From contig CAZBBC010000013.1 in NCBI GenBank assembly GCA_964489835.1, positions 3,578-67,577 on the forward strand: 64,000 nucleotides of DNA, in the 5' to 3' direction. The notes under the pieces were generated by a model, which was given only the letters and a program-made list of their open reading frames with translations, did no database searches and was not told the origin of the DNA. This DNA is from an uncultured Calditrichota bacterium (lineage in GTDB: Bacteria > Calditrichota > Calditrichia > JAJRVZ01). Positions 50,310 through 59,656 of the stretch are shown here, one piece after another. The position numbers and the translations under genes are program-made. Every line of letters begins with the position of its first letter. The stretch's first letter is position 1.

Positions 50310-51384
50310 AATAAATATCCAGCGGAATTTGCTCATCTGGTTTGAAAAAAACAAACGACCATTACCCTGGCGTCATCAACGGCATTGGTATTATATATGG
50401 GTTTCCGAAGTGATGCTTCAGCAAACCCAGGTTGAACAAGCCATTCCTTATTATCAGAAATTTATAAAAAAATTTGGGACTGTTGTATGCCTGGCAGAGG
50501 CTTCGGAACAGGAGATATTAAAAGCCTGGGAAGGACTGGGATATTATTCTCGGGCCAGACATTTACACCAGGCCGCCCGGATTATCGTTCAACAACATAA
50601 CGCAAAACTACCGACAGACAGGCAAGAACTTTTAAGGCTTCCGGGGTTTGGCCCCTATACCGCTAATGCCGTGTTAAGTATTGCCTTTAATTTGCCTTAT
50701 GGTGTCGTTGACGGTAATATTAAAAGGGTCATATCCCGTCTTTTTCTAATATCGGATGATATCAGTAAGTCTAAAACGCATGCAAAGATACAAACGATAA
50801 TGTCGGGGTTGCTCCCTCCTCATTCATCGCGGGCATTCAATGAAGCAATGATGGAACTGGGCGCTCTGATCTGCCTTCCCACTGCACCATTATGTGAGAA
50901 TTGCCCGCTTTCCCCCCAGTGCCAGGCTTTTAATAAAGGTATGGTAAAACTAATCCCCTTTAAAGCAAAGAAAGAAAAAATTCCAAATATTGTATCGAAA
51001 GCTTTTGTCATTAAATGTCAAAATAATTTTCTTATCGTTCAACGTCCCCGGGGCGAAATGTTGGCAGGCATGTGGGAATTTCCAATCGTGAAATTGAAAA
51101 ACGGGGAAAAATTAGAGAATTTTAATGCCCGTTATATAAAAACGCATTATAATCTGGATGTTTCATACAAAAAAACATGGTCGGCAATCAGACATTCCTA
51201 CACTCACTTTCACTTGACCTTATATTCAAATTTATTTATTACAGAATTCCCCGAATTTCAATCAAAATCATATACAGAGCATCAATGGATAGATCTGGAG
51301 ATGATAAAAAAATTGCCTTTACATAAAGCGATGTGGAAACTACTCCAACGGATTGATCCAGAGTTAGAAATTATACCCGAGTGA
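50302..51384 (+). CDS. mutY: A/G-specific adenine glycosylase
   Basis: RPLPWR, SEVMLQQT, WEGLGYYSRA, LPGFGPYTA, VDGN, the Fe-S motif CxxxxPxCxxCPLxxxC and GMWEFP. Confidence 0.95.
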   Translation: MSKINIQRNLLIWFEKNKRPLPWRHQRHWYYIWVSEVMLQQTQVEQAIPYYQKFIKKFGTVVCLAEASEQEILKAWEGLGYYSRARHLHQAARIIVQQHNAKLPTDRQELLRLPGFGPYTANAVLSIAFNLPYGVVDGNIKRVISRLFLISDDISKSKTHAKIQTIMSGLLPPHSSRAFNEAMMELGALICLPTAPLCENCPLSPQCQAFNKGMVKLIPFKAKKEKIPNIVSKAFVIKCQNNFLIVQRPRGEMLAGMWEFPIVKLKNGEKLENFNARYIKTHYNLDVSYKKTWSAIRHSYTHFHLTLYSNLFITEFPEFQSKSYTEHQWIDLEMIKKLPLHKAMWKLLQRIDPELEIIPE

Positions 51385-54027
51385 CAGATAAATCACGCCA
51401 TCTTTATTACTGGTATCTCCATAACCTATGTAAAGTGGACCCAATAAGGTATTCATTCCCAACCACCCCCCCAGGCCCGTAAAAAAATCATCGCTTTTTA
51501 ACACCAGATCACCCGTCTCCCATATCGCACCGATATCATAGCGAAGGCCCAAATATATATCAGATAAAATTTGAAAAGGTAATAAAAAACGGTATTCAAA
51601 ATTAGCCATAATTACCTGACGACCGAAAAATTCATACTCATGCAATCCCATAAAATCGTGCAAACCGCCGATACGAAACCACTCTGAGAACGGCAAGGTT
51701 TGATCACCAATTCCGATAAGACCTCTGAAGTGAAAGGTATGGCTGAGCCAGTATGTATAGTATCCTTCAAGATTTACATATGCCTTTGTATAATTTTCCT
51801 GTCCCTGGGCAAGCGTCTTATTTGCGGTTTCCCAGAACCAGACATTATAAGTTCCTGAGGTCGTAAATGCAATATTATCTCTTTTATCTGTTACTGACTT
51901 TACTGAGAGCGTGCGCAATTCACTGTTTTGAGTGACTTTACCCTCCAAAGCTTCATTTAGATCGCTGTCATATGGCGCATCTTTTACATTCTCGACTCGT
52001 AAATCTATTGAAATTTGTCCTAATTTTTTTAATTGTAATCCAATGCCAAATTTTGTACCTCGTCTTCTCTCTATATATTCACCGACATTTTTATCACCAA
52101 CAATAAGTGGAAATCTTTTCCAATCATAATAAACTTTAAAATTTGAGGTTAACAGGGTTTCGAAAACCCGGTCAACCCTATAATTAAATCCGATACGACG
52201 ATCCATTTCTCCAAATCTTCCATTCAGAGATATCTTATAAGCGTTACCGAGAAAATTTTCATTCGTCCATTCGGTATAGAATTGTGCACCGCGTTCGGAG
52301 CCGATTTTACCTCCCAGTCGGAGCACTGTGGTTTTCTTCTCAACAACTTTTATAAGCAAAATATAGTTGTCATTTTCTAAATCCAGATTAACACTGACTT
52401 TTTCAAATAGCTGGGTGTTATATATATTATCAATACCCTTTTTTACATCTTTTGAATTATAAATATCGTGCGATTGAAGAGGGAATTCCCGGAGTATTAT
52501 AAAATCTTTGCTGACTTTGTTCCCCTTAATATTGATTTTTTCAATTCTGCCCTCATCAATAGCCACTTGCAATTTTCCACTCTGCTGATCAAAATTTACT
52601 TTTTTAAACCGGATCAGAGCATACCCATCGTTTCTATATAATTGTTTTATATCATTGAGACCTTTGCGGATATTATTATAATTGAGTATTTGTTCCGGTT
52701 GGTGGTTTAAAAGTTTAATAAGGGTAGAATCGGTATATAATGTATGACCTTCAAAAAATACCTGACGCAATTTACTGTTCACATTCAAAAAATAGTTAAG
52801 CGTAGTAGCTGCTTCCAGAGAATCAAGAGAGGCCTTTACGGAATTATATATACCCTGCGTAAAGAGGTAATCTATATCCTTTTTCAATAGCGATTGTGTT
52901 ATCGATTTTTCTTTGGAAGCATGCAACTGATAATGATCTATTTCCTCAGGAGAATTATTAGAAGACAAACGAAATTCATCAAAATTATACTGAATTTCTG
53001 GTTTTTTTAATCGTTGATGCTCAGTTAGTGCGTATAATTTCATAGCCATCTGATCGACAGCGATTTCTCCTTTAACAATCATATCATCAATTTTATCAAA
53101 ATCAGTACTCCCAATTCCTTCCAGGTCCGGTTTAATCACCAGATCCGCCAGGCTCATCTGTTCAATATTTGTAGATTGCATCATAATCGAAGTAACCTGG
53201 TCAGCAATTTCCCAAGGCGCTTGCAGTTCTTCCCGTCTTCTCAGGGGAGAGGTATTATCAACAACGACGACAACATCCATCCCGAGCAATTTTGCTGCAT
53301 CAACAGCAAAATTCGAACTAAGTCCGCCATCTACCAGAAGCATATTATCCCAAACAACAGGAGAGAACAGAAGAGGTACAGCAGCACTGGCATTTATTGC
53401 TTCTGCTAAATCTCCTTTTCCGATAATCACACGTTTCCCGGAAATTAAATCAGTGGCAATAGCCCGGAATGGAATTGTCAGATCATCAAAATCATATACC
53501 GAAGGGAATTTTGTTTTATATAGTTCATTGGTGATTAAGGTTAAAATTTTCTGACCAGAGGTTAGACTGCTTGGAATATAAGCACGCAGCCCATCAAATC
53601 GAATATTTATAAGATAGCGGTCTTTGATGGCTTTTTGCCCGACAAACAGGTTTTGACGTTCAGTGTCATCCGTAAAGATGTCATCCCAATTCACATTACG
53701 AATGGATTTTTCCAACTGTTCAACCGTCAATCCGGCAGCGTAATAACCACCAATAACGCTTCCAAAACTTGTACCAACAATTAAATCAATCGGAATATTG
53801 TGCTTTTCAAAACCTTTTAAGACACCAATGTGGGCAATACCTCTTGCCCCTCCTCCAGAAAGTACAAGACCCACTCTCAGGCGATTTTGATCACTTTTGG
53901 TACCGGTGTGGGTAATAAGTGAATCTAAATCAGGTTGTTCTTTCTGATATAAAACCTGAGCATTAGCTCGTGGCTGCAAAAAAAGGATGCTGTAGAGAAT
54001 TGCACTTAGATAAATATATTTTTTCAA
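51364..54027 (-). CDS. Patatin-like phospholipase with POTRA domains and Omp85 beta-barrel (PlpD-like)
   Basis: GGGARG, GTSFG and DGG motifs; POTRA repeats (FEGHT, IKGN..ILRE); C-terminal YLSLGYNF. Confidence 0.88.
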   Translation of the reverse strand: MKKYIYLSAILYSILFLQPRANAQVLYQKEQPDLDSLITHTGTKSDQNRLRVGLVLSGGGARGIAHIGVLKGFEKHNIPIDLIVGTSFGSVIGGYYAAGLTVEQLEKSIRNVNWDDIFTDDTERQNLFVGQKAIKDRYLINIRFDGLRAYIPSSLTSGQKILTLITNELYKTKFPSVYDFDDLTIPFRAIATDLISGKRVIIGKGDLAEAINASAAVPLLFSPVVWDNMLLVDGGLSSNFAVDAAKLLGMDVVVVVDNTSPLRRREELQAPWEIADQVTSIMMQSTNIEQMSLADLVIKPDLEGIGSTDFDKIDDMIVKGEIAVDQMAMKLYALTEHQRLKKPEIQYNFDEFRLSSNNSPEEIDHYQLHASKEKSITQSLLKKDIDYLFTQGIYNSVKASLDSLEAATTLNYFLNVNSKLRQVFFEGHTLYTDSTLIKLLNHQPEQILNYNNIRKGLNDIKQLYRNDGYALIRFKKVNFDQQSGKLQVAIDEGRIEKINIKGNKVSKDFIILREFPLQSHDIYNSKDVKKGIDNIYNTQLFEKVSVNLDLENDNYILLIKVVEKKTTVLRLGGKIGSERGAQFYTEWTNENFLGNAYKISLNGRFGEMDRRIGFNYRVDRVFETLLTSNFKVYYDWKRFPLIVGDKNVGEYIERRRGTKFGIGLQLKKLGQISIDLRVENVKDAPYDSDLNEALEGKVTQNSELRTLSVKSVTDKRDNIAFTTSGTYNVWFWETANKTLAQGQENYTKAYVNLEGYYTYWLSHTFHFRGLIGIGDQTLPFSEWFRIGGLHDFMGLHEYEFFGRQVIMANFEYRFLLPFQILSDIYLGLRYDIGAIWETGDLVLKSDDFFTGLGGWLGMNTLLGPLYIGYGDTSNKDGVIYLSLGYNF

Positions 54028-54039
54028 GTTTTGGCCGTA

Positions 54040-57000
54040 CTATTTTCGTGGTAAATTTATATTCAGGGTCCGAAAATACTCTTCAATTAATTTTTCATAA
54101 TCAGGATTATATCCCTCATTCAAGGCACGAATGAGATCCAACTTTAATTGCTTCATTCTCTGGTTCTCCAGATCGGTTGGATCATCCGGTGATATGCGTA
54201 TGTATTCTTTCCCGGTTTCCGCTAATCGTTTTTTACTATATTCTTTTTCACGTACAGATTTCTGGGCATCAAGCATGCGCGAAAATATTTTTTGTTGTCG
54301 TTCAATCGTACCTCTGTCAAGCCTTAAACTTTGTAATTCATTGACAACTTCTTCCATTTCCTTTGCCATGTTATCGAGACTGCCTAATACCTCTGAACGA
54401 TTCTGCATCCCCTCTGCAAGATTTTCCAGGGATTGTTGAATTGCTCTCTGCTCTGCAGACATTCTCATTAATTGACCTTGTTGCTCTAAAGAAAGTTTTC
54501 CCTTGTTTGTATTAAAAAAGTTGAGACTTTCCTGATTGAGTTTCCCCTGTTGACCAGATAGCTGTTGCATTTGTTTTAAATACTGTTCGAACCCGAGACC
54601 AGACTTTGCATCAGCAAGAGCTTCCATAGAATTCTGCATTTGAATAATTGATTTGTTCAGTTCTGCCATTGAATTTTCTTGAAAATTGCTGGCCGATTTC
54701 TGTTTGCGGTTTTCAAGTTCACTCACACTTTTTTTCATATTGGAATGGGCATCACTTAAAGATTTGCTCATTCCGGGTGGCAGGAAAAATGTCTCGTGGG
54801 AAAGATCAATAATATCTCGCGTGGTACGAAACATATTTTCGATAATTTGTTGCTGTGTTCCGGCAATTTCAGGATATCTGTCACTAAAATTTGACAATTG
54901 CTCCGTTTCTTCAATAAGTTGCTCTTCATCTTTTGATAGTTTAAGTAAGTTATCGGTAACTTTGTTCATCTTCGAAAGAATTTTTTGCTGACTATTCTCT
55001 AACATGCTCTTTTGGGCATTTTTTAAATTCGCTTGCATTTGCTCCAACTGTTGACCCATTTCTCCGGAATTACTTTGCATTGTATTTTGATCTGCGGTTA
55101 CCATGGTGTTGATAAATTCTCCCATTTGATCTTGTAATTCATTGCCGATTTGCTGAGAATTTTCCAGATTATTGATCACTTTGGGATATTCATTCATCAT
55201 ATCATTCTTCATCACTTTTGAAAGAGAATTAATGAGATTTTTCAAAAGATCCTGTTGATCTTTTTCTTTTTGAATAAGAGATTCTCTTTTCCCTGGATCC
55301 AACGGGTCATTTTTGGCAAGTTCTTTTGAAATTTCACTCTGGTTTCTCTCCAATGCTTCTGCCATCTTTACCATCTTATCGAGTTCCTGCTCAAGCTTTA
55401 CCCTTTTAAAAAGAGCTAATGTACGCTCCAGATTTTCTTTAAATCTTTGCTGATCGAGTATGAATTTTTCTGTGGCAATTTGAGCTTGTTTTTTATCGAG
55501 AAGACTTAAAGATTTTTCAAGATCTTTCATCGATTGCAAGAGCTCGGGGGTCGCAATTTCCTGGAATAAATCCTGCAGTTTATTATACTTTTCAAGAATC
55601 TCAGGACTAAATAGCTGATTGCTCTCTAATTTTTTTATCGCTTTATTGAGATCATCCTCGATCTTTTTAAGTTTTTTCTGTACTTCCTCTTGTTTCTCAA
55701 GCGCTGTTTCCAAAGATCTTTTCCTTTCCCAGTCAAGTTCTTTCTCGCGTTTCATCTCCCGGCTTATTTTTTCAAGATCTTTTTTCAAATCCTCGCTTTC
55801 AGCAGCCAAATCTTCAGCCGCATTTAAATTATCATTTTGAGCAGAATTGAAATCCTCAAACAACTGTTCAATGGACGGAAATCGAATATAATACGTTTCG
55901 GAACGGCTGGTTTTTGGTCCATTGATGATATCATTATCAGAAAGGGTGGCATAATATTTCACACCATCATCAAAACTCACCGGCAGAACTGCAAAATTCC
56001 AGAAATATGATTGTTGGAAATATTTGTCACCAGGAGTGGGCATAAAAACAGGTAGGTGATTCCAGGTCGAATCTGTCACTGCCTTTAATTTTCTTTGTAT
56101 CTGGTAGTGCAGATGCAACTTGTTGAACCCAAAATCATCATTTCCTTCAAAGATCAGGTTAAGCGCACCATCCGCCGCAATTTCTACATCTTTTCCTGGT
56201 TCTGTTATTTCTATGGCAGGATACAGATCTTCCAATATCGTTATGGTGTATTCAATCGGCTCCCGATTATTCAAACCCTCTGTATCACTGACGGTGAGAA
56301 AATATGTTTTACCGATATTAACTGGGAAAGAAAAATTAAATTTATTCTCTCTGATATCACTATGAATTTCTTTACCATCGGAAAAAACAATTTTCGCCAT
56401 ATTCAAAGGTTTGTTTGCCTGTGCCGAAATATTAATAATAGATCCCGGGTAGGCAATGATGTCTCCAACATTTTCTTCAAGAAACTGCTTGGATAGATTT
56501 GTATAGGAAGGTGGTATTACTTCCACCTGAACTTCATTGACCAGAGGAGGGATCAGCGTATTTACCGTAAACGCCTGACTCACGAGTTTATCTTTCCATT
56601 CCGCAGGAAATCGTGGCAAGCCTTGCAGAAAATATTCAAAAGGTCTCTTAATATTGTCAATCTGTATTTCATAAGAATCAGCCTGCTCACGCATAAGTTT
56701 TGGCTGATAGACAACATCTCCCTTAAACCTGATCTGTAATATGCATGTCTCAAGTTCCGGTCCCTTAAACTTCGCCGAAATATCAAGTGTTTGATCAACA
56801 ATGATATCCGTATTACCGGGTTTTATGGTAAACTCGTACCAGGGGACTTCTGCATATTCCCCCATGGGGTTTAATATCCTTTTCATGGAAAGCATTAATT
56901 TATCGGAGAGCATATAAGTCAAGACCAGACTTCCTAAAAGTATGGGAATCACAAGTGAATAAGGAAACAGGAAATCACGTAGTCTAATTTGTTTGCTAAA

Positions 57001-57426
57001 CTCAGTATTTTCTATTTCTTTCGCATATTTCTCTATCGCATAATATCTGATCGACGAGGAACTTCCCGGAGGTTGCGATGTGATTAGCTGATAAATATTG
57101 GTGAGTCTATCCTCTATAGACGGAAATAGAACACCGATACTTCTGGTCACCCGAGTGAGATCTTTATTATCAGAGAGTCGTATAAGATCGATGAGAGGGT
57201 AAATTATTAACGTGTAAAAGAGATAGATTGTAATGAATCCATTCAATACTACTACGAACCATCGGACTGATTGAGAAAAATAAAAAACGCTATCCGCAAT
57301 AAATGAGCTAAGCCATATCAACAAAAGATAGATAGATAATTTGAGAATACCAGAAATGATCTGATAAATCAAATTTTTTTGTTGGAAACGGATAATTTTT
57401 CCAATAATAAGATTTTGTGCATCCAT
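54040..57426 (-). CDS. Large membrane-anchored coiled-coil protein (DUF4175-like)
   Basis: N-terminal TM helices, Ig-like beta region (PPSYT, DDFGF), long Q/E-rich helical region, C-terminal RQQKIFSRML and YEKLIEEYF. Confidence 0.7.
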   Translation of the reverse strand: MDAQNLIIGKIIRFQQKNLIYQIISGILKLSIYLLLIWLSSFIADSVFYFSQSVRWFVVVLNGFITIYLFYTLIIYPLIDLIRLSDNKDLTRVTRSIGVLFPSIEDRLTNIYQLITSQPPGSSSSIRYYAIEKYAKEIENTEFSKQIRLRDFLFPYSLVIPILLGSLVLTYMLSDKLMLSMKRILNPMGEYAEVPWYEFTIKPGNTDIIVDQTLDISAKFKGPELETCILQIRFKGDVVYQPKLMREQADSYEIQIDNIKRPFEYFLQGLPRFPAEWKDKLVSQAFTVNTLIPPLVNEVQVEVIPPSYTNLSKQFLEENVGDIIAYPGSIINISAQANKPLNMAKIVFSDGKEIHSDIRENKFNFSFPVNIGKTYFLTVSDTEGLNNREPIEYTITILEDLYPAIEITEPGKDVEIAADGALNLIFEGNDDFGFNKLHLHYQIQRKLKAVTDSTWNHLPVFMPTPGDKYFQQSYFWNFAVLPVSFDDGVKYYATLSDNDIINGPKTSRSETYYIRFPSIEQLFEDFNSAQNDNLNAAEDLAAESEDLKKDLEKISREMKREKELDWERKRSLETALEKQEEVQKKLKKIEDDLNKAIKKLESNQLFSPEILEKYNKLQDLFQEIATPELLQSMKDLEKSLSLLDKKQAQIATEKFILDQQRFKENLERTLALFKRVKLEQELDKMVKMAEALERNQSEISKELAKNDPLDPGKRESLIQKEKDQQDLLKNLINSLSKVMKNDMMNEYPKVINNLENSQQIGNELQDQMGEFINTMVTADQNTMQSNSGEMGQQLEQMQANLKNAQKSMLENSQQKILSKMNKVTDNLLKLSKDEEQLIEETEQLSNFSDRYPEIAGTQQQIIENMFRTTRDIIDLSHETFFLPPGMSKSLSDAHSNMKKSVSELENRKQKSASNFQENSMAELNKSIIQMQNSMEALADAKSGLGFEQYLKQMQQLSGQQGKLNQESLNFFNTNKGKLSLEQQGQLMRMSAEQRAIQQSLENLAEGMQNRSEVLGSLDNMAKEMEEVVNELQSLRLDRGTIERQQKIFSRMLDAQKSVREKEYSKKRLAETGKEYIRISPDDPTDLENQRMKQLKLDLIRALNEGYNPDYEKLIEEYFRTLNINLPRK

Positions 57427-58113
57427 TTAATATAATAAAGAGTAAAGTAAAATATTAACACCCATGCGTAAAGCTGCCTGACGTTTCTCCGGTGGATCGT
57501 TATGAATTTCAGAATCCTCACAACCGTCACTAATATCAGTATTAAATGAGTAAAACACTACCAGCCGGTCTTCATAGATCAATCCAAATCCCCGCGGGGG
57601 ACCGCCATCATGTTCATGAATTTTAGGCAACCCGTTGGGAAAATCAAAATATACTTTATATATGGGATGACTGAAAGGAAGTTCCACAAAATTTAACTCC
57701 GGAAACACTTTTTTCATTTCCCGTCGAAAGGATTTATCCATGCCATAATCATCATCCGCAAATAAAAATCCCCCGGATATCAAATATCTACGCAACCGTT
57801 GGGCTTCTTCATCACTTAATTTAATATTTCCGTGTCCCGCCAGGTAGGCAGTCGGATAATTAAAAAATGACTCATCAAGAATTGAAGAAGTTTTTTCCAG
57901 GTGGGTTGTTTTCAAACCCAATTCTTCCGACATGAATTGCAGTAAATTTCTGAGGGTTGTTTTATTGCCATACCAGTCTCCACCACCGTCATATTTAATA
58001 CGTACTACCGTAAATTCGTTTATTTCTTCCTGTGCGTATACATATGAAACAACGTGAATGAAAATAAATAATATACAAAAAACTATTTGAGCATTTAATA
58101 TACTACGTAACAT
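57427..58113 (-). CDS. DUF4159 domain protein
   Basis: IKYDGGGDWY, GHG, GGFLFADD, LPFSHPIY, GLPKIHEHD and RMGVN motifs; signal peptide. Confidence 0.88.
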   Translation of the reverse strand: MLRSILNAQIVFCILFIFIHVVSYVYAQEEINEFTVVRIKYDGGGDWYGNKTTLRNLLQFMSEELGLKTTHLEKTSSILDESFFNYPTAYLAGHGNIKLSDEEAQRLRRYLISGGFLFADDDYGMDKSFRREMKKVFPELNFVELPFSHPIYKVYFDFPNGLPKIHEHDGGPPRGFGLIYEDRLVVFYSFNTDISDGCEDSEIHNDPPEKRQAALRMGVNILLYSLLY

Positions 58114-58148
58114 TTGATCACCAATAACTAAAAATTAATAAACTTGCC

Positions 58149-58269
58149 TTATTCATACCGCAGCCCAAGGCTGCAAACAAATTATTTTCCACTGACCCTC
58201 CCCCAACCCCTCCCTGCTTGCAGGGAGGGGTGTCGAGCGTAGCGAGACGGGGTGGGTCATTCATCCAAA
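58149..58269 (-). repeat. Dispersed REP/MITE-like element, family A, copy 2 (inverted)
   Basis: Reverse complement matches 170-300; hairpin at 58207-58230; GCAGCC-CAA-GGCTGC palindrome. Confidence 0.9.
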
Positions 58270-58336
58270 TCATTGCAAGACATGAATTATCAAAACGAAT
58301 TTTTTGAAATTGTAACATGGAACTTGGTTATAAATG

Positions 58337-58370
58337 AAAAATCCCAAATTGTTACGAGGCAATTTGGGAT
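58337..58370 (-). terminator. Intrinsic terminator after the DUF456 gene
   Basis: Perfect 11-bp stem ATCCCAAATTG-N8-CAATTTGGGAT (58341-58370) with a T-run on the minus strand. Confidence 0.75.
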
Positions 58371-58394
58371 CATTTTTTTATGTAGGTTTGCAAT

Positions 58395-58895
58395 TTAAAA
58401 TATTTTATATCCGATCATTATTACCATAGTAACCGCACCACACAGCTTAATAGACAGGCCACCCAATTTCCCGATAAAAGCACCAACGCCAGAAAGTAGT
58501 GATTTTTTCAGATTATAAGATTTTAAAAATTCTAAAATTGTTGCCCCTGCAAAAACTCCGATTATAGATCCGATAATGGCCCCAAGAACAGGTGTAACAA
58601 AGGCACCGCTGATAGCCCCTCCAATGCCTCCAATGATGCTGCCTGTAATTCCCCATTTCGAAGCACCATATTTTCTGGCACTTACAATGATTAATACATA
58701 TTCCAAAAATTCAATCAGGAGAAATATAGCACCGAGAGTCAGGACAAAGGTAAAGGAGAATTCTGCAAAATTAGTAATCACTCCATAAATAAAGGTATTT
58801 ATAGTAATTAACAAATTTCCCGGAATACTAAAAAAATTTGAAAACAATGATATCAGAATCACAGTCGCAAATATTATTTCAAGAATTCTATCCAT
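58395..58895 (-). CDS. DUF456 family membrane protein
   Basis: Hydrophobic 166-aa protein with IPG, KYGASKWG and Gly-rich GSIIGGIGGA motifs. Confidence 0.8.
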   Translation of the reverse strand: MDRILEIIFATVILISLFSNFFSIPGNLLITINTFIYGVITNFAEFSFTFVLTLGAIFLLIEFLEYVLIIVSARKYGASKWGITGSIIGGIGGAISGAFVTPVLGAIIGSIIGVFAGATILEFLKSYNLKKSLLSGVGAFIGKLGGLSIKLCGAVTMVIMIGYKIF

Positions 58896-58901
58896 AGATT
58901 T

Positions 58902-59627
58902 CTACTTACTCAGACGGCTGGTAGCAAAAGAATATCTCTTTGATTTACTATCCAACCCAAGATTGTTCAGCTCGTTTCTTACATAAAACCATCCGACTTT
59001 CATAAAACCATATTTCGCAGAATTTAATTCCTTTTTAATCTTATAGGCACCATATTCGGGATTTTCGCGTACAATTTTGCTTATTCGTTCTCCCAGAGAC
59101 ATCTCTGAAATTGGTTTTTCTTCAATCTTTTGTGGTTCTTCCCCTTGTATACCGGAGGACGCTTCCATTGTCTCTACAACGGCTTCCTCTCTTCTGATCT
59201 CCACAGGTGCTGGTTCCGGTTTTGGTTTATTAAGGCTTATTTCCTTTGCCACGGGTTTTCCGGACGATTCCAGAACCTCAAATTTATTTATAGCCTCATC
59301 AACCGAATCATATACATCAAGAATATGATGAAATTCAAGTAATTCAAAAATTTCATATACATCGGGGACCATTCGTACTAATTTAAGATCTCCACCGTTT
59401 TCCCTGATAGATTTAATTTCACTGATAAATATTCCCCAGCCGGCGCTACTGATATAATCTACATTACCAAGATCGACGATCAGAAAGAAACGACCCTGTT
59501 TCAGAAGTGAATCTAAAGATCGCTCCAGTTCCGAAGACGTTGTTGTGTCAATATATCCGCCCACCTTAATAATTGAGATTTGATTCCGACTACCCGCTAC
59601 TTCCGCTGATACCTGAATACCTTCCAT
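58902..59627 (-). CDS. STAS anti-sigma factor antagonist with C-terminal HTH-like domain
   Basis: STAS motifs VGGYID, VDYISSAGWG and GGDLKL; Pro/Glu linker; tail ENPEYGAYKIKKEL; RBS GGGAGG. Confidence 0.88.
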   Translation of the reverse strand: MEGIQVSAEVAGSRNQISIIKVGGYIDTTTSSELERSLDSLLKQGRFFLIVDLGNVDYISSAGWGIFISEIKSIRENGGDLKLVRMVPDVYEIFELLEFHHILDVYDSVDEAINKFEVLESSGKPVAKEISLNKPKPEPAPVEIRREEAVVETMEASSGIQGEEPQKIEEKPISEMSLGERISKIVRENPEYGAYKIKKELNSAKYGFMKVGWFYVRNELNNLGLDSKSKRYSFATSRLSK

Positions 59628-59656
59628 CCAGTCCTCCCTAAAGTGAATGCAAAAAC

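Noticed and set aside
51364-51384. 21-bp convergent overlap of mutY and the patatin gene
   Set aside because: Short 3' overlaps are common and both proteins appear complete.
58118-58318. 66-aa minus-strand ORF between the DUF456 and DUF4159 genes
   Set aside because: It coincides with repeat copy 2 and is most likely non-coding.
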